A stretch of 64,000 nt of DNA from Candidatus Poribacteria bacterium (GTDB taxonomy: Bacteria; Poribacteria; WGA-4E; JAJDTR01): assembly GCA_965197465.1 (NCBI GenBank), contig OZ240209.1, forward strand, positions 4,288,958-4,352,957, written 5' to 3'. Of this stretch, positions 41,875 to 52,517 are shown piece by piece (position 1 is the stretch's first letter; each line of letters opens with the position of its first letter). The notes under the pieces were generated by a model that saw only the letters and a program-made list of their open reading frames with translations, did not search any database and had not been told where the DNA came from. The position numbers and the translations under genes were made by a program.

Positions 41875-44139
41875 TTACTTCCGTATCAACATCTTCCGCT
41901 TGGCACTAAAATCTCCAGCAGTCAGCGTGCAGAAATAGACGCCACTAGCCACCGGCTCCCCCTGCTGATTGCGACAGTTCCAATAAGCTGCGCGGCCCCG
42001 GCTAAGGTAGGAGCCGGCAGGTTGGTGTCCCACCACGATTGTTCGAACTCTTTGCCCACTCATATCATAAATCGTCAACACCACGTCCGCAGGGGTCTCA
42101 AGTTGATACGGTATCCACGTCTCGGGGTTGAACGGGTTCGGGTAGTTTGGCAGGAGCACGGTTTCTGGCGGATTTACCGGAGCGGCCGAAGGCGAAAGCA
42201 CCATCAACTGGCTCATACCATCTGTGTCCGCTACTCTCCTAATATCGCCCCACGTCGTGGGGCGCGTGAGGTCCCACAGCAGGATCGTGCCATCGGGACT
42301 CCCGCTCGCAAGCGTTAGCCCGTCGGGAGAAAACGCCACGGAATCAGCACCCCACACATGACCGAAGAGGGTTTGCAGGTTCTCCCCGGTGCGAACATCC
42401 CACAAGCGAATGGTGCCGTCCCAACTCCCACTAGCGAGCATGTAGCCATCCGGAGAAAACGCTATGGAAGTCACCCTGCTGGTATGTCCTTCAATTGTTC
42501 GCAGGCGTTCACCCGTGTTGGGGTTCCACATACGAATCGTGTAATCCGAGCTCCCGCTCGCAAGCGTGAGTCCATCGGGAGAAAACGCCACGGATGTAAC
42601 GCTGTCCTTGTGCCCCACCAGGGCGTGCGTCGCTTTCGCCGTGCGGACATCCCACAAACGAACTGTATTGCCCATCCAACCACCGCCGCTAGCAAGCATG
42701 GCGCCATCGGGCGAGAACGCGACGGATGAGACATGGCCCAAATGTCCCGTAAGAGATTCCAGCAGTTCGCCCGTGCCGACATTCCACAAACATACTGCGT
42801 AGTGTCCTGCAGTGGCAAGCTTTCTCCCATCGGGAGAGAACGCCACAGAATCGACATCGTCCCACTTCCCCCACTCCCTCAGGATACGCAAACTCTTGCC
42901 GGTGCGCCCATCCCATAATCGTGCTGTACTGTCCCAACCGCCGCCGCTTGCGAGCATGGAACCATCGGGCGAGAATGCCAGGGACTCTACACGGCGCTCA
43001 TGCCCCTCAAGGGTACGAAATCTACCCCCGGTTGGCACATCCCACAAATGAATCACTTCTTCATAATACCCCGTATTGCTGGCGAGCGTAAGACCATCGG
43101 GATGGTATACCACGGAAGAGACACCCTGGGTATGATTTGTGATGGTCCGCAGACATTCTCCGGTGTGCACACTCCAGAAGCAAATCGTTCCGTACCCTCT
43201 ATTCCCGCTTGCTATCGTGAGTCCATCAGGGGAATAGGCTATGAAATCAACCGTCCCGTTATGCCCGTAAATGCCCTTCAGATGTTTCCGCGTACGGACA
43301 TCCCATAGATGAATCGACTCATCGTTACTCCCGCTGGCAATTGTGGAGCCATCAGCAGAGAATGCTATTGGTGCATCGCTACTCCCATGCTCCGCGAGAA
43401 TCTGTGCATCTGCCTCGGTACGAATGTCCCACAATCGAACTGTCTTGTCCCTGCCTCCGCTTGCAATCGTGTGTCCATCAGGCGAGAGGGCGACGGATAG
43501 CACCGCCTCCGAATGCCCGGGAAGCGTCCGTAATTCCTCTCCTGTTCGGGTGTCCCACAATCGAATCGTACCGTCAGAACTCCCGCTGGCAAGTATCGGC
43601 TCGGCGTGCGAAAACGCTACGGCACTAACATACCTCGTATGCCCTTCAAGTGTGAGAATACGTTTACCCGTGTGCACATTCCACAGTCGTATCTTTGCGT
43701 CATGACCTCCGCTTGCAAGCGTGGATCCATCGGGTGAGAATGTAAGGGAACGCACCTCACCCACATCGTCGAACAGAGTCCGGAGGCTCTCGCCGGTGCG
43801 GCCATCCCACAGCCGAATCGTCTCGTCCCAGCTTCCACTGGCAAGTATGGAGCCGTCAGGCGAGAATGCTACGCAACTTACCGCGTACGTATGTCCGGTG
43901 AGGAGGTTGACTTCAGCCCCCGTATGTGCATCATAGATCCAGACACCGATGCTGCAGGCGACCGCAAGCAGAGTTCCGTCCGGGGAGTATACAATGTTAC
44001 CGGATATCCCACCTTTACCAAGTCTCGCTTTGGCGCCTTCGGGCAAACCCCATCGGGTATAATCTTGGGCAAAACTGCTCTGCAGAAATAGAGCGGAAAC
44101 CAACACAAGGCAAAGCGTGACAAACCGAATTTTTTTCAT
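41875..44139 (-). CDS. Secreted WD40-repeat protein with TTWG linker and FlgD-Ig/T9SS-like C-terminal domain
   Basis: Signal SFA-QD; about 14 GH...FSPDG..LASG..D.TIRLWD repeats; PTTWGDIRR; LLPNYPNPFNPETWIPYQL. Confidence 0.93.
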   Translation of the reverse strand: MKKIRFVTLCLVLVSALFLQSSFAQDYTRWGLPEGAKARLGKGGISGNIVYSPDGTLLAVACSIGVWIYDAHTGAEVNLLTGHTYAVSCVAFSPDGSILASGSWDETIRLWDGRTGESLRTLFDDVGEVRSLTFSPDGSTLASGGHDAKIRLWNVHTGKRILTLEGHTRYVSAVAFSHAEPILASGSSDGTIRLWDTRTGEELRTLPGHSEAVLSVALSPDGHTIASGGRDKTVRLWDIRTEADAQILAEHGSSDAPIAFSADGSTIASGSNDESIHLWDVRTRKHLKGIYGHNGTVDFIAYSPDGLTIASGNRGYGTICFWSVHTGECLRTITNHTQGVSSVVYHPDGLTLASNTGYYEEVIHLWDVPTGGRFRTLEGHERRVESLAFSPDGSMLASGGGWDSTARLWDGRTGKSLRILREWGKWDDVDSVAFSPDGRKLATAGHYAVCLWNVGTGELLESLTGHLGHVSSVAFSPDGAMLASGGGWMGNTVRLWDVRTAKATHALVGHKDSVTSVAFSPDGLTLASGSSDYTIRMWNPNTGERLRTIEGHTSRVTSIAFSPDGYMLASGSWDGTIRLWDVRTGENLQTLFGHVWGADSVAFSPDGLTLASGSPDGTILLWDLTRPTTWGDIRRVADTDGMSQLMVLSPSAAPVNPPETVLLPNYPNPFNPETWIPYQLETPADVVLTIYDMSGQRVRTIVVGHQPAGSYLSRGRAAYWNCRNQQGEPVASGVYFCTLTAGDFSAKRKMLIRK

Positions 44140-44207
44140 CGGATGATTCTCCTTGTTGCGATTTCAGACCTCCTGGGTGACGGCACACGGCGTGTGTCTA
44201 CTACTTT

Positions 44208-44422
44208 TTACTTGCCGACCAACATCTTCCGCGTAACACGAGAATTTCCCGCCCTTAGGGTGCAGAAATAGACGCCATTCGCCACCGTCTCTCCCTGCCG
44301 ATTTCGTCCGTCCCAATATGCCGCGCGACTCCGGCTCCGATACACGCCGGCGGGCTGGTGTCCCACTTCCAGCGTCCGAACCATCTTCCCGTTCATACCA
44401 TAAATCGTCAATGTCACCTCAA
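44208..44422 (-). pseudogene. Orphan 3' remnant of a WD40-FlgD gene
   Basis: EVTLTIYGMNG...AAYWDGRN...RKMLVGK with no upstream part. Confidence 0.8.
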
Positions 44423-44432
44423 TATACACTCT

Positions 44433-45503
44433 TTATTTCTCGGCACGTTTTCGCCCTGACTGCTTTATCTCGCCCCAAGTGACGGTGCGTTTGACCTTAG
44501 GAGATACGGATACCGTAAGCGCAATCATGGGATCGAACCAAGCTGGATTCTTATCTTTGGCGGGGTGATTCGTCAGTTTTACCAGATTGTTTCCGTCGGA
44601 ATTCATCACATAAATCTCATTGTTTCTGTCACGATTCGTAGAGAAGGCAATCTTCTTACCGCTCGGCGACCACGTGGGGTGGCCGTCCCAGACGAAGACA
44701 TTCTTGGTCAACTGTGTGACGTTCCCTCCATTCGCATCCATGAGGTAGATTTCGCTGTCCCCGTCTCGGTCCGAGGCAAAAGCGATTTTTTCCCCCCACG
44801 GCGGCTGCCATTCCGGATCCTTGTCTTCCTTGGGATGATTCGTAAGATTTTTCTTATTGCCCCCGTCTCTGTCCATGACGAATATATCGTAATTGCCGGT
44901 GCGATTGCTCGACCATGCAATCTGTCGTCCGTCTGGCGACCACGAAGGGCTTTCGTCTTGCGAGCGGTGTGTCGTGAGTCTGAAACTGTTAATCCCATCA
45001 CCGTCACCGAGTTCTTCAAATCTATACGGTTCCATCCTCTTCTCATTCTGCAGCCGGACAATCCAGACATCATAATTCCAATTGTCATCGGGGGTCGAGT
45101 AAACACAGGCGATCCAATTCCCATTCGGCGACCAAGACGGCGTCAGACCCCGGAATCCGACGGTAATTTGTATAAGGTCTTCCGCCCTATCATCAACGTT
45201 CAGAACAAAGATATTCTCCCACCAGCCATACGGAATGGAGGACATGGCGAACCGAGTGCCGTCCGGCGACCACGCTGGCGATATGTCATGAAGGGGATTG
45301 GTTGTCAGTCTATCCACGTTTGCCCCATCGGCATCCATGGCAAAGATATCCGTATTCTTTCCTATTGATCGGTTTGACTCAAAAAGGATGCGAGCGACCT
45401 GTGGACGCTCCTGTGCAGTCCCATTCACTACGAAGAGAAAAATGCTCATCAAGGTCCCGCAAAAAAGAATATTCATGCCGAAACATTGCCTATAACTTTT
45501 CAT
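44433..45503 (-). CDS. Secreted TolB-like PD40-repeat protein with VSPKVKRTVTWGEIK tail
   Basis: WSPDG/PD40 repeats; ATG at 45503 after a GGAGG RBS. Confidence 0.88.
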   Translation of the reverse strand: MKSYRQCFGMNILFCGTLMSIFLFVVNGTAQERPQVARILFESNRSIGKNTDIFAMDADGANVDRLTTNPLHDISPAWSPDGTRFAMSSIPYGWWENIFVLNVDDRAEDLIQITVGFRGLTPSWSPNGNWIACVYSTPDDNWNYDVWIVRLQNEKRMEPYRFEELGDGDGINSFRLTTHRSQDESPSWSPDGRQIAWSSNRTGNYDIFVMDRDGGNKKNLTNHPKEDKDPEWQPPWGEKIAFASDRDGDSEIYLMDANGGNVTQLTKNVFVWDGHPTWSPSGKKIAFSTNRDRNNEIYVMNSDGNNLVKLTNHPAKDKNPAWFDPMIALTVSVSPKVKRTVTWGEIKQSGRKRAEK

Positions 45504-45523
45504 ACCACCCTCCATTTTTAGCC

Positions 45524-45629
45524 TAAGTTGATTCGGTGTCCCTTTCTCGATTGTTCCAGTCGGTTCAATCGCAAGTGCGCCACCGAAAATGAGCAACCAC
45601 GAAATCAATACAACAACAGATATTCTCGT
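45524..45629 (-). pseudogene. 5' stub of a divergent-type WD40 gene (start ATG apparently mutated to ACG)
   Basis: RISVVVLISWLLIFGGALAIEPTGTIEKG aligns with the start of 57217-59493 (KTFVVVFFSWLLIFGEALAIEPVGSIGKG); GGAGGAGG RBS. Confidence 0.75.
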
Positions 45630-45773
45630 TGTCCTCCTCCTCCGCGGCGTGAATGAGTTATCACTATGCCCATACGACATTTGTTGCATGGAGGTCAAAG
45701 ACAAAACGGACTTTAATGCTGCGGATTGGTTAATTGTTACGCCTACATCTCTGCTTTGAGTAAACTTCAGAGG

Positions 45774-45902
45774 GCAAATGCTATGCCAAGTGCGTACGGG
45801 GCAGATAAACCTTCTCTGCGAGGGTTTCTAGCGTCGCACAGCCCCCGCGTGAGGGAATTCAGCCTGTACACTCTCCGGACAGAACTGTGCAGAAAGTGAG
45901 AC
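45774..45902 (-). promoter_or_regulatory. sigma54 (-24/-12) promoter with tandem activator sites
   Basis: TTGGCATAGCATTTGC at 45789-45774; TGTAC-N7-GGACA at 45865 and TGTGC at 45886. Confidence 0.75.
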
Positions 45903-46361
45903 GTGTTTAGGCTTTTTTAACGGATGGAGCGGCGGTAAAAAAGACAACCCGAGATGAAAGGAACGCACTGCGTCGTGCCAGGTTTTAATTGCTTCCTCTC
46001 CTTGGCAATTTTCGGTGGTAGGATTACAAATCGGAGGCGAGATTCAGATTGGAACGGCACCAAAACGAAACAGCCATGTTGCGGAGAATTGTGTTCGCGG
46101 CGGCGGCTTTATGATACGCCACTGTAACCCGGGAGGCGCTGTATTATCGAAGACGCCTGCCAACTTAGCCGGTGTTCCGCATCATCGTGAAGCGATTGAT
46201 GCACCAAATAGTTAAAGAGTTGAACTCGGGCTGCACCCATTCGTGCATGCTGCTACTAGCTCCGGATTCTGACCCGTAGGTTAGATTGAAAATCGACCGA
46301 GTGAATCGCCGGGCATCAAGCGACTGAACAGTAAGCGAAGGAAAGGCTCGAATAACCAACT

Positions 46362-48629
46362 CTATTTGCCCAACAGCATCTTTCGCGTGGATGTGAGATC
46401 ATCAGCGGATAAGGTGTAAAAATAGACGCCGTTCGCCACGGTCTCGCCCTGCTGATTGCGCCCGTCCCAATATGCCGCACGATTACGGCTCCGATACACA
46501 CCGGCAGGCTGGCGTCCCACTTCCAGCGTCCGAACCGCCTGCCCGTTCATATCATAAATCGTGAACGTGATGCTTGCTGGTTCCGCTAGTTGATACGGTA
46601 TCCACGTCTCGGGGTTGAACGGATTCGGGTAGTTTGGCAGAAGAACTGTTTCCACCGGCATCACCACAGCGGCTGTGGGCGCAGGTTCCGAGAATCGCCC
46701 CGTCCTACGCACCACCACACGTGTTCGTTTGACATCACCCCACATCGTCCCAAGCCTGAAGTCCCACAGCAAGACCGTCCCATCCGAACCCCAACTCGCC
46801 AACGTATGTCCATCGGCGGCAAATTCTACGGAATAGATGCTGCTTGTGTGCCCCTCAAACTGCCATAACGGCGCGCCGGTGCGAACGTCCCACAATCGAA
46901 TCGTGTCATCCCCGCCGGTGGCAAGCATATTCCCGTCAGACGAAAACGATAGTGCCCTGACCGCGCTCGAGCTTCCGTGTCCCGTTAGCGTATGCAGTAT
47001 TTCCCGAGTTCGAGTATCCCACACATGAACTGTCAAGCGGCTGCTTACGCTCGCGAACGTGTGACCATCGGGAGAAAATGCTATAGAGGTAATTGACGAG
47101 TACTCATCCAGTGTGTAAAGAAGCTCGCCGGTGCGCACATCCCAAACGTGAATCCCGGAATACAGACTTCCGGTGAAAACGCTTCTCCCATCCGGTGAAA
47201 ACGCCACCGCCTGTACATATTCCTCATCGGAGGAAATGACGCGAAGAGGGTCTCCGGTGCGCACATCCCACAAGCGAAGCAGACTGTTACCTTCATGGGG
47301 CCAGCCACCCGCAAAAACCCTTCCATCGGGTGAAAATGCGGCGGACACGAGATAGTCCGTGTGCGCCTCGAGAGTTTGCAGGACTTTTCCCGAACGCACA
47401 TCGCACAAGAGTATAGAGTGATGTCCACGTCTAATAGCAAGTGTGGTTCCATCAGGCGAAAACGCGAGGACACTGCCCGTAAGTCCGGGAAGGGTTCTCA
47501 ACTTCTCCCCGGAGTGGGCATCCCAAATCTCAATCGCGTCCGCGCTGCCAACTGCAAGGGTCTTTCCGTCGGGCGAGAATGCAAATCTCCAAACCGAGTG
47601 CACCAGCGTACGTAGATGCTCCCCGGTGCGGGTATCCCACAGACGAATCGAGCCGCGGCTCGCACTTGCCAGCCTGCCCCCATCGGGTGAGAAAACTATT
47701 GAGTTGACTCCCCCTGTGTGCCCTTGTAGGATTCGATCTTCCTCGCCGGTGCGGGCGTTCCACAATCGAACAGTGTCGTCATACCATCCGCCTCCACTCG
47801 CAAGCACGTCTCCGTCGGGCGAGAACGCCACGCAACCGACCGTGTGCGAATGCCCCTCAAGTGTCTGCACCAGTTCACCGGTGCGTGTGTCCCACAACTT
47901 AATCCTGCCAGCTCGGCTCAACCTAGGATTCACGCTGCCCGGTCTCCCGGCACTGGCGAGGGTAAGTCCGTCGGGCGAGAACGCGACCGACTTTACCGGG
48001 TGCTCATGACCTTTGAGCGTACGCAACTTTTTTCCGGTTTGGATGTCCCAAAACATGAGCGCACCGTCCCTACTCCCACTCGCGAGAGTCAATCCGTCGG
48101 GCGAGAAGGCTACGGTATCGACCCGTTCCGAGTGTCCCTCTAGCGTTCGCATGAGATCTGCGGTCCACACATCCCATAAACGGATAAGTTTGTCTTCGCC
48201 CGCACTGGCAAGCGTGGATCCATCGGGCGAGAACCTTACCGAGCGAACCGATCCCCCATGCCCTTCAATGGTTTCGAAGAGTGTACCGCTGCGGACATTC
48301 CATCCCCGAACCGTTCCGTCCGCCCCTCCGCTTGCAAGCGTATTTCCGCTGGGAGAAAACGCGACCGTATGCACTAAATCCGTATGCCCCGGGAGGAGCT
48401 TGAGCGTGACGCCGCTGCGTGCATCATACATCCATATATCTTCGTGAGTCGCAGCCGCGATCCGCCTCCCATCCGGTGAATATGCAATCTCGAATATCGG
48501 CGCTTTTCCGATGCGCATCTTGGCGCGCTCGGGCAGTCCCCATCGTGTTGAGTCCTGGGCATAACTGCTCCGCAGAAACACGGCGGAAACAAACAATAGG
48601 CAAAACCTGAAAATCCATGAGGTTCTCAT
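46362..48629 (-). CDS. Secreted WD40-repeat protein with TWG linker and FlgD-Ig tail
   Basis: Same architecture as 41875-44139; GTMWGDVKR linker. Confidence 0.93.
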   Translation of the reverse strand: MRTSWIFRFCLLFVSAVFLRSSYAQDSTRWGLPERAKMRIGKAPIFEIAYSPDGRRIAAATHEDIWMYDARSGVTLKLLPGHTDLVHTVAFSPSGNTLASGGADGTVRGWNVRSGTLFETIEGHGGSVRSVRFSPDGSTLASAGEDKLIRLWDVWTADLMRTLEGHSERVDTVAFSPDGLTLASGSRDGALMFWDIQTGKKLRTLKGHEHPVKSVAFSPDGLTLASAGRPGSVNPRLSRAGRIKLWDTRTGELVQTLEGHSHTVGCVAFSPDGDVLASGGGWYDDTVRLWNARTGEEDRILQGHTGGVNSIVFSPDGGRLASASRGSIRLWDTRTGEHLRTLVHSVWRFAFSPDGKTLAVGSADAIEIWDAHSGEKLRTLPGLTGSVLAFSPDGTTLAIRRGHHSILLCDVRSGKVLQTLEAHTDYLVSAAFSPDGRVFAGGWPHEGNSLLRLWDVRTGDPLRVISSDEEYVQAVAFSPDGRSVFTGSLYSGIHVWDVRTGELLYTLDEYSSITSIAFSPDGHTFASVSSRLTVHVWDTRTREILHTLTGHGSSSAVRALSFSSDGNMLATGGDDTIRLWDVRTGAPLWQFEGHTSSIYSVEFAADGHTLASWGSDGTVLLWDFRLGTMWGDVKRTRVVVRRTGRFSEPAPTAAVVMPVETVLLPNYPNPFNPETWIPYQLAEPASITFTIYDMNGQAVRTLEVGRQPAGVYRSRNRAAYWDGRNQQGETVANGVYFYTLSADDLTSTRKMLLGK

Positions 48630-48748
48630 CGATTGATGCTCCCTTTCGGCAGCCGTAAATTACTTCGTGAGTTCAATAGTCAACCGGGGCAAGAAAATTT
48701 GAGGGGACAGAATGCCAACGGGTCAACTAGCGGCGATTTAGATGGATC

Positions 48749-48921
48749 GTAATTGTTTAGTCCATCGGTCTGGATTTGCCAATCCAGACCGAGCGGGGGG
48801 CAGGGAACGCGCCGAGTAGGGAAGTACAATGCTAATTCCGGCTAATCGGGGGCTTACATGCCCAGACCGGACGTGCGACGATCTGTAATACTACGAACCA
48901 AACGATGCACTAAACAGTTAC
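48749..48921. mobile_element. MITE of the GTAACTGTTTAG family with degenerate TSD
   Basis: GTAATTGTTTAGT...ACTAAACAGTTAC; flanks GATGGATC / GCCGGATC. Confidence 0.7.
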
Positions 48922-48966
48922 GCCGGATCCTATAAAATCCGAAGGCGGCGTAGGAACGTCCGAGGT

Positions 48967-49530
48967 TTATCGCGACGCTTCAATCCTTTCTTCGCTGAAT
49001 GCTTCGTCGCCCCACTCTAAAATTCGCCATTCGCCGTCTCTCAATTCAAAGATAAACAGATTATCTCCTTCGGCATACCACCCGGTATATCCGCCCTCGA
49101 GCGAGACTCCGTCTGCCACGAATCCTTGAATCCTATAGTGGACCCTAACTTCAGCTCTGTTGCGCTCCGCGTTCAACTCCACCTCGGGCGGCTCTTCCAA
49201 CTCAATCTCAATGTCTTGGAACAATGCAAACACGCGAATGGCAGATTCTCGCTCTTCACGAATATCATCAAACGTCACATCATCCGTCGCATCGTCGGGT
49301 GTACCCATATCCGAGACATAACGGAAGCCGTCCGTCCAGAAAGCATTGATGTACGCATCTACATCCTCGGTTTCATAACCGGTACGCCACGCTCTCAACA
49401 CCTCTTCAATCTCAGCCAACTCTTTGGATTTCGGTTCACCGAACTTTTCAACATCGCTGCAACTCAGAAAGCATGAAGTCATAAGAACAGTGAGTAGTAG
49501 CATGCCTGTTCTGGCAAAAGCGTTAAACAT
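48967..49530 (-). CDS. Lipoprotein, NTF2/SnoaL-like fold
   Basis: Lipobox FLSC; IEEVLRAWRTGYETEDVDAY...FELRDGEWRI pattern; AGGAGG RBS. Confidence 0.7.
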   Translation of the reverse strand: MFNAFARTGMLLLTVLMTSCFLSCSDVEKFGEPKSKELAEIEEVLRAWRTGYETEDVDAYINAFWTDGFRYVSDMGTPDDATDDVTFDDIREERESAIRVFALFQDIEIELEEPPEVELNAERNRAEVRVHYRIQGFVADGVSLEGGYTGWYAEGDNLFIFELRDGEWRILEWGDEAFSEERIEASR

Positions 49531-49583
49531 GATTGAAAACCTCCTTAAGCTCTAAATGTTAGGATTTTGATTAAAGAAAATAG

Positions 49584-49766
49584 GTAACTGTTTAGTCCCT
49601 TGATTTCTGGAGTCGAGCACTGTGAATCTAGACTGCTTTTTTCCCATTTTCTAGGCGGGTCTCGTGTGGATGCTCATTTTTCCGGTTTGTAATAGGGCAA
49701 TTCATTGCCCGTCCTATGGCTCTGGGGGTTTTACTGACCACTAATCACTAGCCACTAAACACTTAC
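49584..49766 (-). mobile_element. MITE, 183 bp, 8-bp TSD GAAAATAG
   Basis: Full-length inverted homologue of 348-531; GAAAATAG at 49576-49583 and 49767-49774. Confidence 0.9.
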
Positions 49767-49773
49767 GAAAATA

Positions 49774-49983
49774 GTAACTGCTTAGTCCATCAATCTATAT
49801 CGCCGTTGTCGGTATGTAGTAGCGCAATTCATTGCACGTCCGCCGTAGTTCGTATCGGGGCAAGGATGCCCCTCCCACAAGGGAATGCTGCTTTCTCAGA
49901 GGGATGCTCTTCCTACCGTCAATCGGGCCCAAATAAATGCCAAGCTGATTTTTCCTCATTTTTGAACCGAACTAAACAGTTAG
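49774..49983. mobile_element. Adjacent older MITE with the same TIR family, containing REPs
   Basis: GTAACTGCTTAGTCC...ACTAAACAGTTAG. Confidence 0.65.
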
Positions 49984-50191
49984 AAAAATGTAATACACGT
50001 GTAATACATGATGGATTCACATTGTAGAATTGAAGAAGTAAAGAGTTGTCCAATCAAAGAGATATACATGCACCGCAAAACCAGTCCCGCCGACTCATAT
50101 GGATTTACGGCGAGCACCGGAACTCTCTCTGTTCCGTTCCCAATAGCATTGTTACTCTTCATAATTTTATGCGCGAGGGGGAGTATCAACC

Positions 50192-52450
50192 CTATTTGCC
50201 GACCAACATTTTGCGCGTCGCAGTAAAATCACCCGCAGTCAGCGTGCAGAAATAGACGCCATTCGCCACCGTCTCGCCCTGCTGATTCCTGCCGTCCCAA
50301 TATGATGCGCGACCTCGATCAGTGTAGAATCCGGCTGATTGATACCCTAAATCAAATTGTCGCACCAACACACCTGCCGCATCATAGATGGTGAGCGTCG
50401 CATCGGCGTCGTCCGCGAGATGGAACGGTATCCACGTCTCCGGATTGAAGGGGTTCGGGTAATTTGGAAGAAGTGCAGTGGTTGTCGGAGTTAAAGGCGT
50501 GACCGAAGGTGATAGCCCCAACGATTGCCTCGTCCCATCAACGATTCCCATTTGTTTAATGTCACCCCATGTTGTGCCAAATCTCGTTCCCCACAGCAGT
50601 ATTGTGCCGTCGTTACTCCCGCTGACAAGCGTGAAACCATCGGGCGAGAACGCTAAGGAGGTGACAGTTTCCGTATGCCCCTCAAGGGCGTACAACTCCG
50701 CGCTGGTATGCGCATTCCACAATCGAATCGTCGTGTCGCCGCTCCCACCGGCAAGTGTGAAATCATTGGGTGAGAACGCCACGGAAGTAATTTGGTCTGT
50801 GTGCCGTCCGATTAGAAACCACAATCGCCCGGTGCGAGAATCCCACAGACGAATACTCCCGTCCTCATAGCCCCCGCCGCTGGCAAGTATGGAACCGTCG
50901 GTCGAGAACGCTACGGAACGCACCTCACTCATCTGCCTCTCTATGCCATATGGTGTTCCATCCTTGGTATCCCACAGACGAACTGCCGCGCTAGTGCTTC
51001 CGCCCGCAAGTGTAGACCCGTCCGGAGAAAACGCGATCGACAGAATCTCGTCGCCGTAATGCCGATGCTTCCACAAGTGTTCCCCGGTGTGTGCATTCCA
51101 CAGACGAATCGTCTCGTCGCTGCTCCCGCTTGCAAGCGTGGAACCATCGAGCGAAAATGCCAGGCACAAAATGTCATGGGTATGCCTTTCAAGCGTCTGC
51201 AGGTGTTCGCCGCTGTGCGCATCCCACAGGCGAATCGTGGCATCGCCGCCTCCGCTGGCAAGCGTGGAACCGTCTGGAGAAAACGCAACGCAATAGATGT
51301 CTTCCGTATGTCCCTCCAGCGTCTTCAGGAGTTCTCCGGTGTGCGCGTCCCACAAACGAATCGACGTGTCACCGTTCACACTGGCAACTGTAAACCCATT
51401 GGGTGAGAACGCTACGAAACGCACCTCGCGCGTATCGCCTTTAATCGTCCCCCGAAGTTTGCCGGTAGGCACGTCCCACAATTGAATCGTGTTGTCCCTA
51501 CTCGCACTTGCAATCGTTAGGTCGTCGGGTGAAAACGTCACCGAATTAACGGTATTAACGGTATGGTGATGCTCGTCGATTGTGCGCAAACCTTCCCGCT
51601 TATGGACATCCCACAACCGAATGGTGTTGTCTTCGCTCGTACTGGCGAGTGTTGTCCCGTCGGAGGAGAACGCAATGGAACCAACTGCCCATTGCCCCCC
51701 AAGAGCGCCCAAATAGTTTCCAGAGCGCACATCCCACAAACGAACCCTTTTCAAGTCGCCGCTGGCGAGCATTCTTCCGTCAGGTGAAAATGCGACCGAT
51801 AAGACGCCGCCGAAGTGTCCCTCAAAAGTACCCAGGTGCTCGCCCGTGTGGGGGTTCCACAAACGAACCGTGTTGTCGTTCCATTTGCTTCCACTGGCAA
51901 GCGTAACGCCGTTGGGTGAGAACACCAAGGCGAGAACCGCGCTCGTATGTCCTTGAAGGCGGCGCAAACGCTCTCCGGTGCGAACATCCCACAGAGGAAT
52001 TTCCCTGCCGTCTCCTGCAGCAAGCGTCGAACCATCGGACGAAAACGCGACCGAAGTTATATGATTCGTGTGCCCCTCGAAGATCTTTAAGGGTTTCCCG
52101 GTGCGAACATCCCACGTACGAACGGTGTTGTCTCCGTCAGCTCCGCAACTGGCAAGCATAGCGCCATCCGGCGAGAAATCTATGCACCGTACGGGGCGCG
52201 TATGCCCACTCAGCAAGTTGACTTCGGCGCCTGTGGTTGCATCGTAGAGCCAGGTCCCGATGCTACTCGCGACTGCGAGCAGGGATCCATCAGGCGAATA
52301 TGCGACATCGCCGGATATCCAGCCCTTGCCGAGTCTTACTTTTGCGCCATCGGGCAGTCCCCAGCGGACATGGTCTTGGGCAAAGCTAGTCTGTAAAATC
52401 AGTGTATAAACGAATAAAATGCTGAGTTTGAAAAACCGCGATTTTCTCAT
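50192..52450 (-). CDS. Secreted WD40-repeat protein with TTWG linker and FlgD-Ig tail
   Basis: WD40 repeats, GTTWGDIKQ, LLPNYPNPFNPETWIPF. Confidence 0.93.
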   Translation of the reverse strand: MRKSRFFKLSILFVYTLILQTSFAQDHVRWGLPDGAKVRLGKGWISGDVAYSPDGSLLAVASSIGTWLYDATTGAEVNLLSGHTRPVRCIDFSPDGAMLASCGADGDNTVRTWDVRTGKPLKIFEGHTNHITSVAFSSDGSTLAAGDGREIPLWDVRTGERLRRLQGHTSAVLALVFSPNGVTLASGSKWNDNTVRLWNPHTGEHLGTFEGHFGGVLSVAFSPDGRMLASGDLKRVRLWDVRSGNYLGALGGQWAVGSIAFSSDGTTLASTSEDNTIRLWDVHKREGLRTIDEHHHTVNTVNSVTFSPDDLTIASASRDNTIQLWDVPTGKLRGTIKGDTREVRFVAFSPNGFTVASVNGDTSIRLWDAHTGELLKTLEGHTEDIYCVAFSPDGSTLASGGGDATIRLWDAHSGEHLQTLERHTHDILCLAFSLDGSTLASGSSDETIRLWNAHTGEHLWKHRHYGDEILSIAFSPDGSTLAGGSTSAAVRLWDTKDGTPYGIERQMSEVRSVAFSTDGSILASGGGYEDGSIRLWDSRTGRLWFLIGRHTDQITSVAFSPNDFTLAGGSGDTTIRLWNAHTSAELYALEGHTETVTSLAFSPDGFTLVSGSNDGTILLWGTRFGTTWGDIKQMGIVDGTRQSLGLSPSVTPLTPTTTALLPNYPNPFNPETWIPFHLADDADATLTIYDAAGVLVRQFDLGYQSAGFYTDRGRASYWDGRNQQGETVANGVYFCTLTAGDFTATRKMLVGK

Positions 52451-52517
52451 TGATTGATTCTCCTTGCTGCGAATTCGGCCCCTGGGGTTACGGCACACGG
52501 CGTGTGCCTACTACCTT

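Noticed and set aside
44433-45704. The 423-aa ORF as a single protein
   Set aside because: Its first ~67 codons are leader sequence plus a WD40 gene stub; a good RBS and signal peptide start at 45503.
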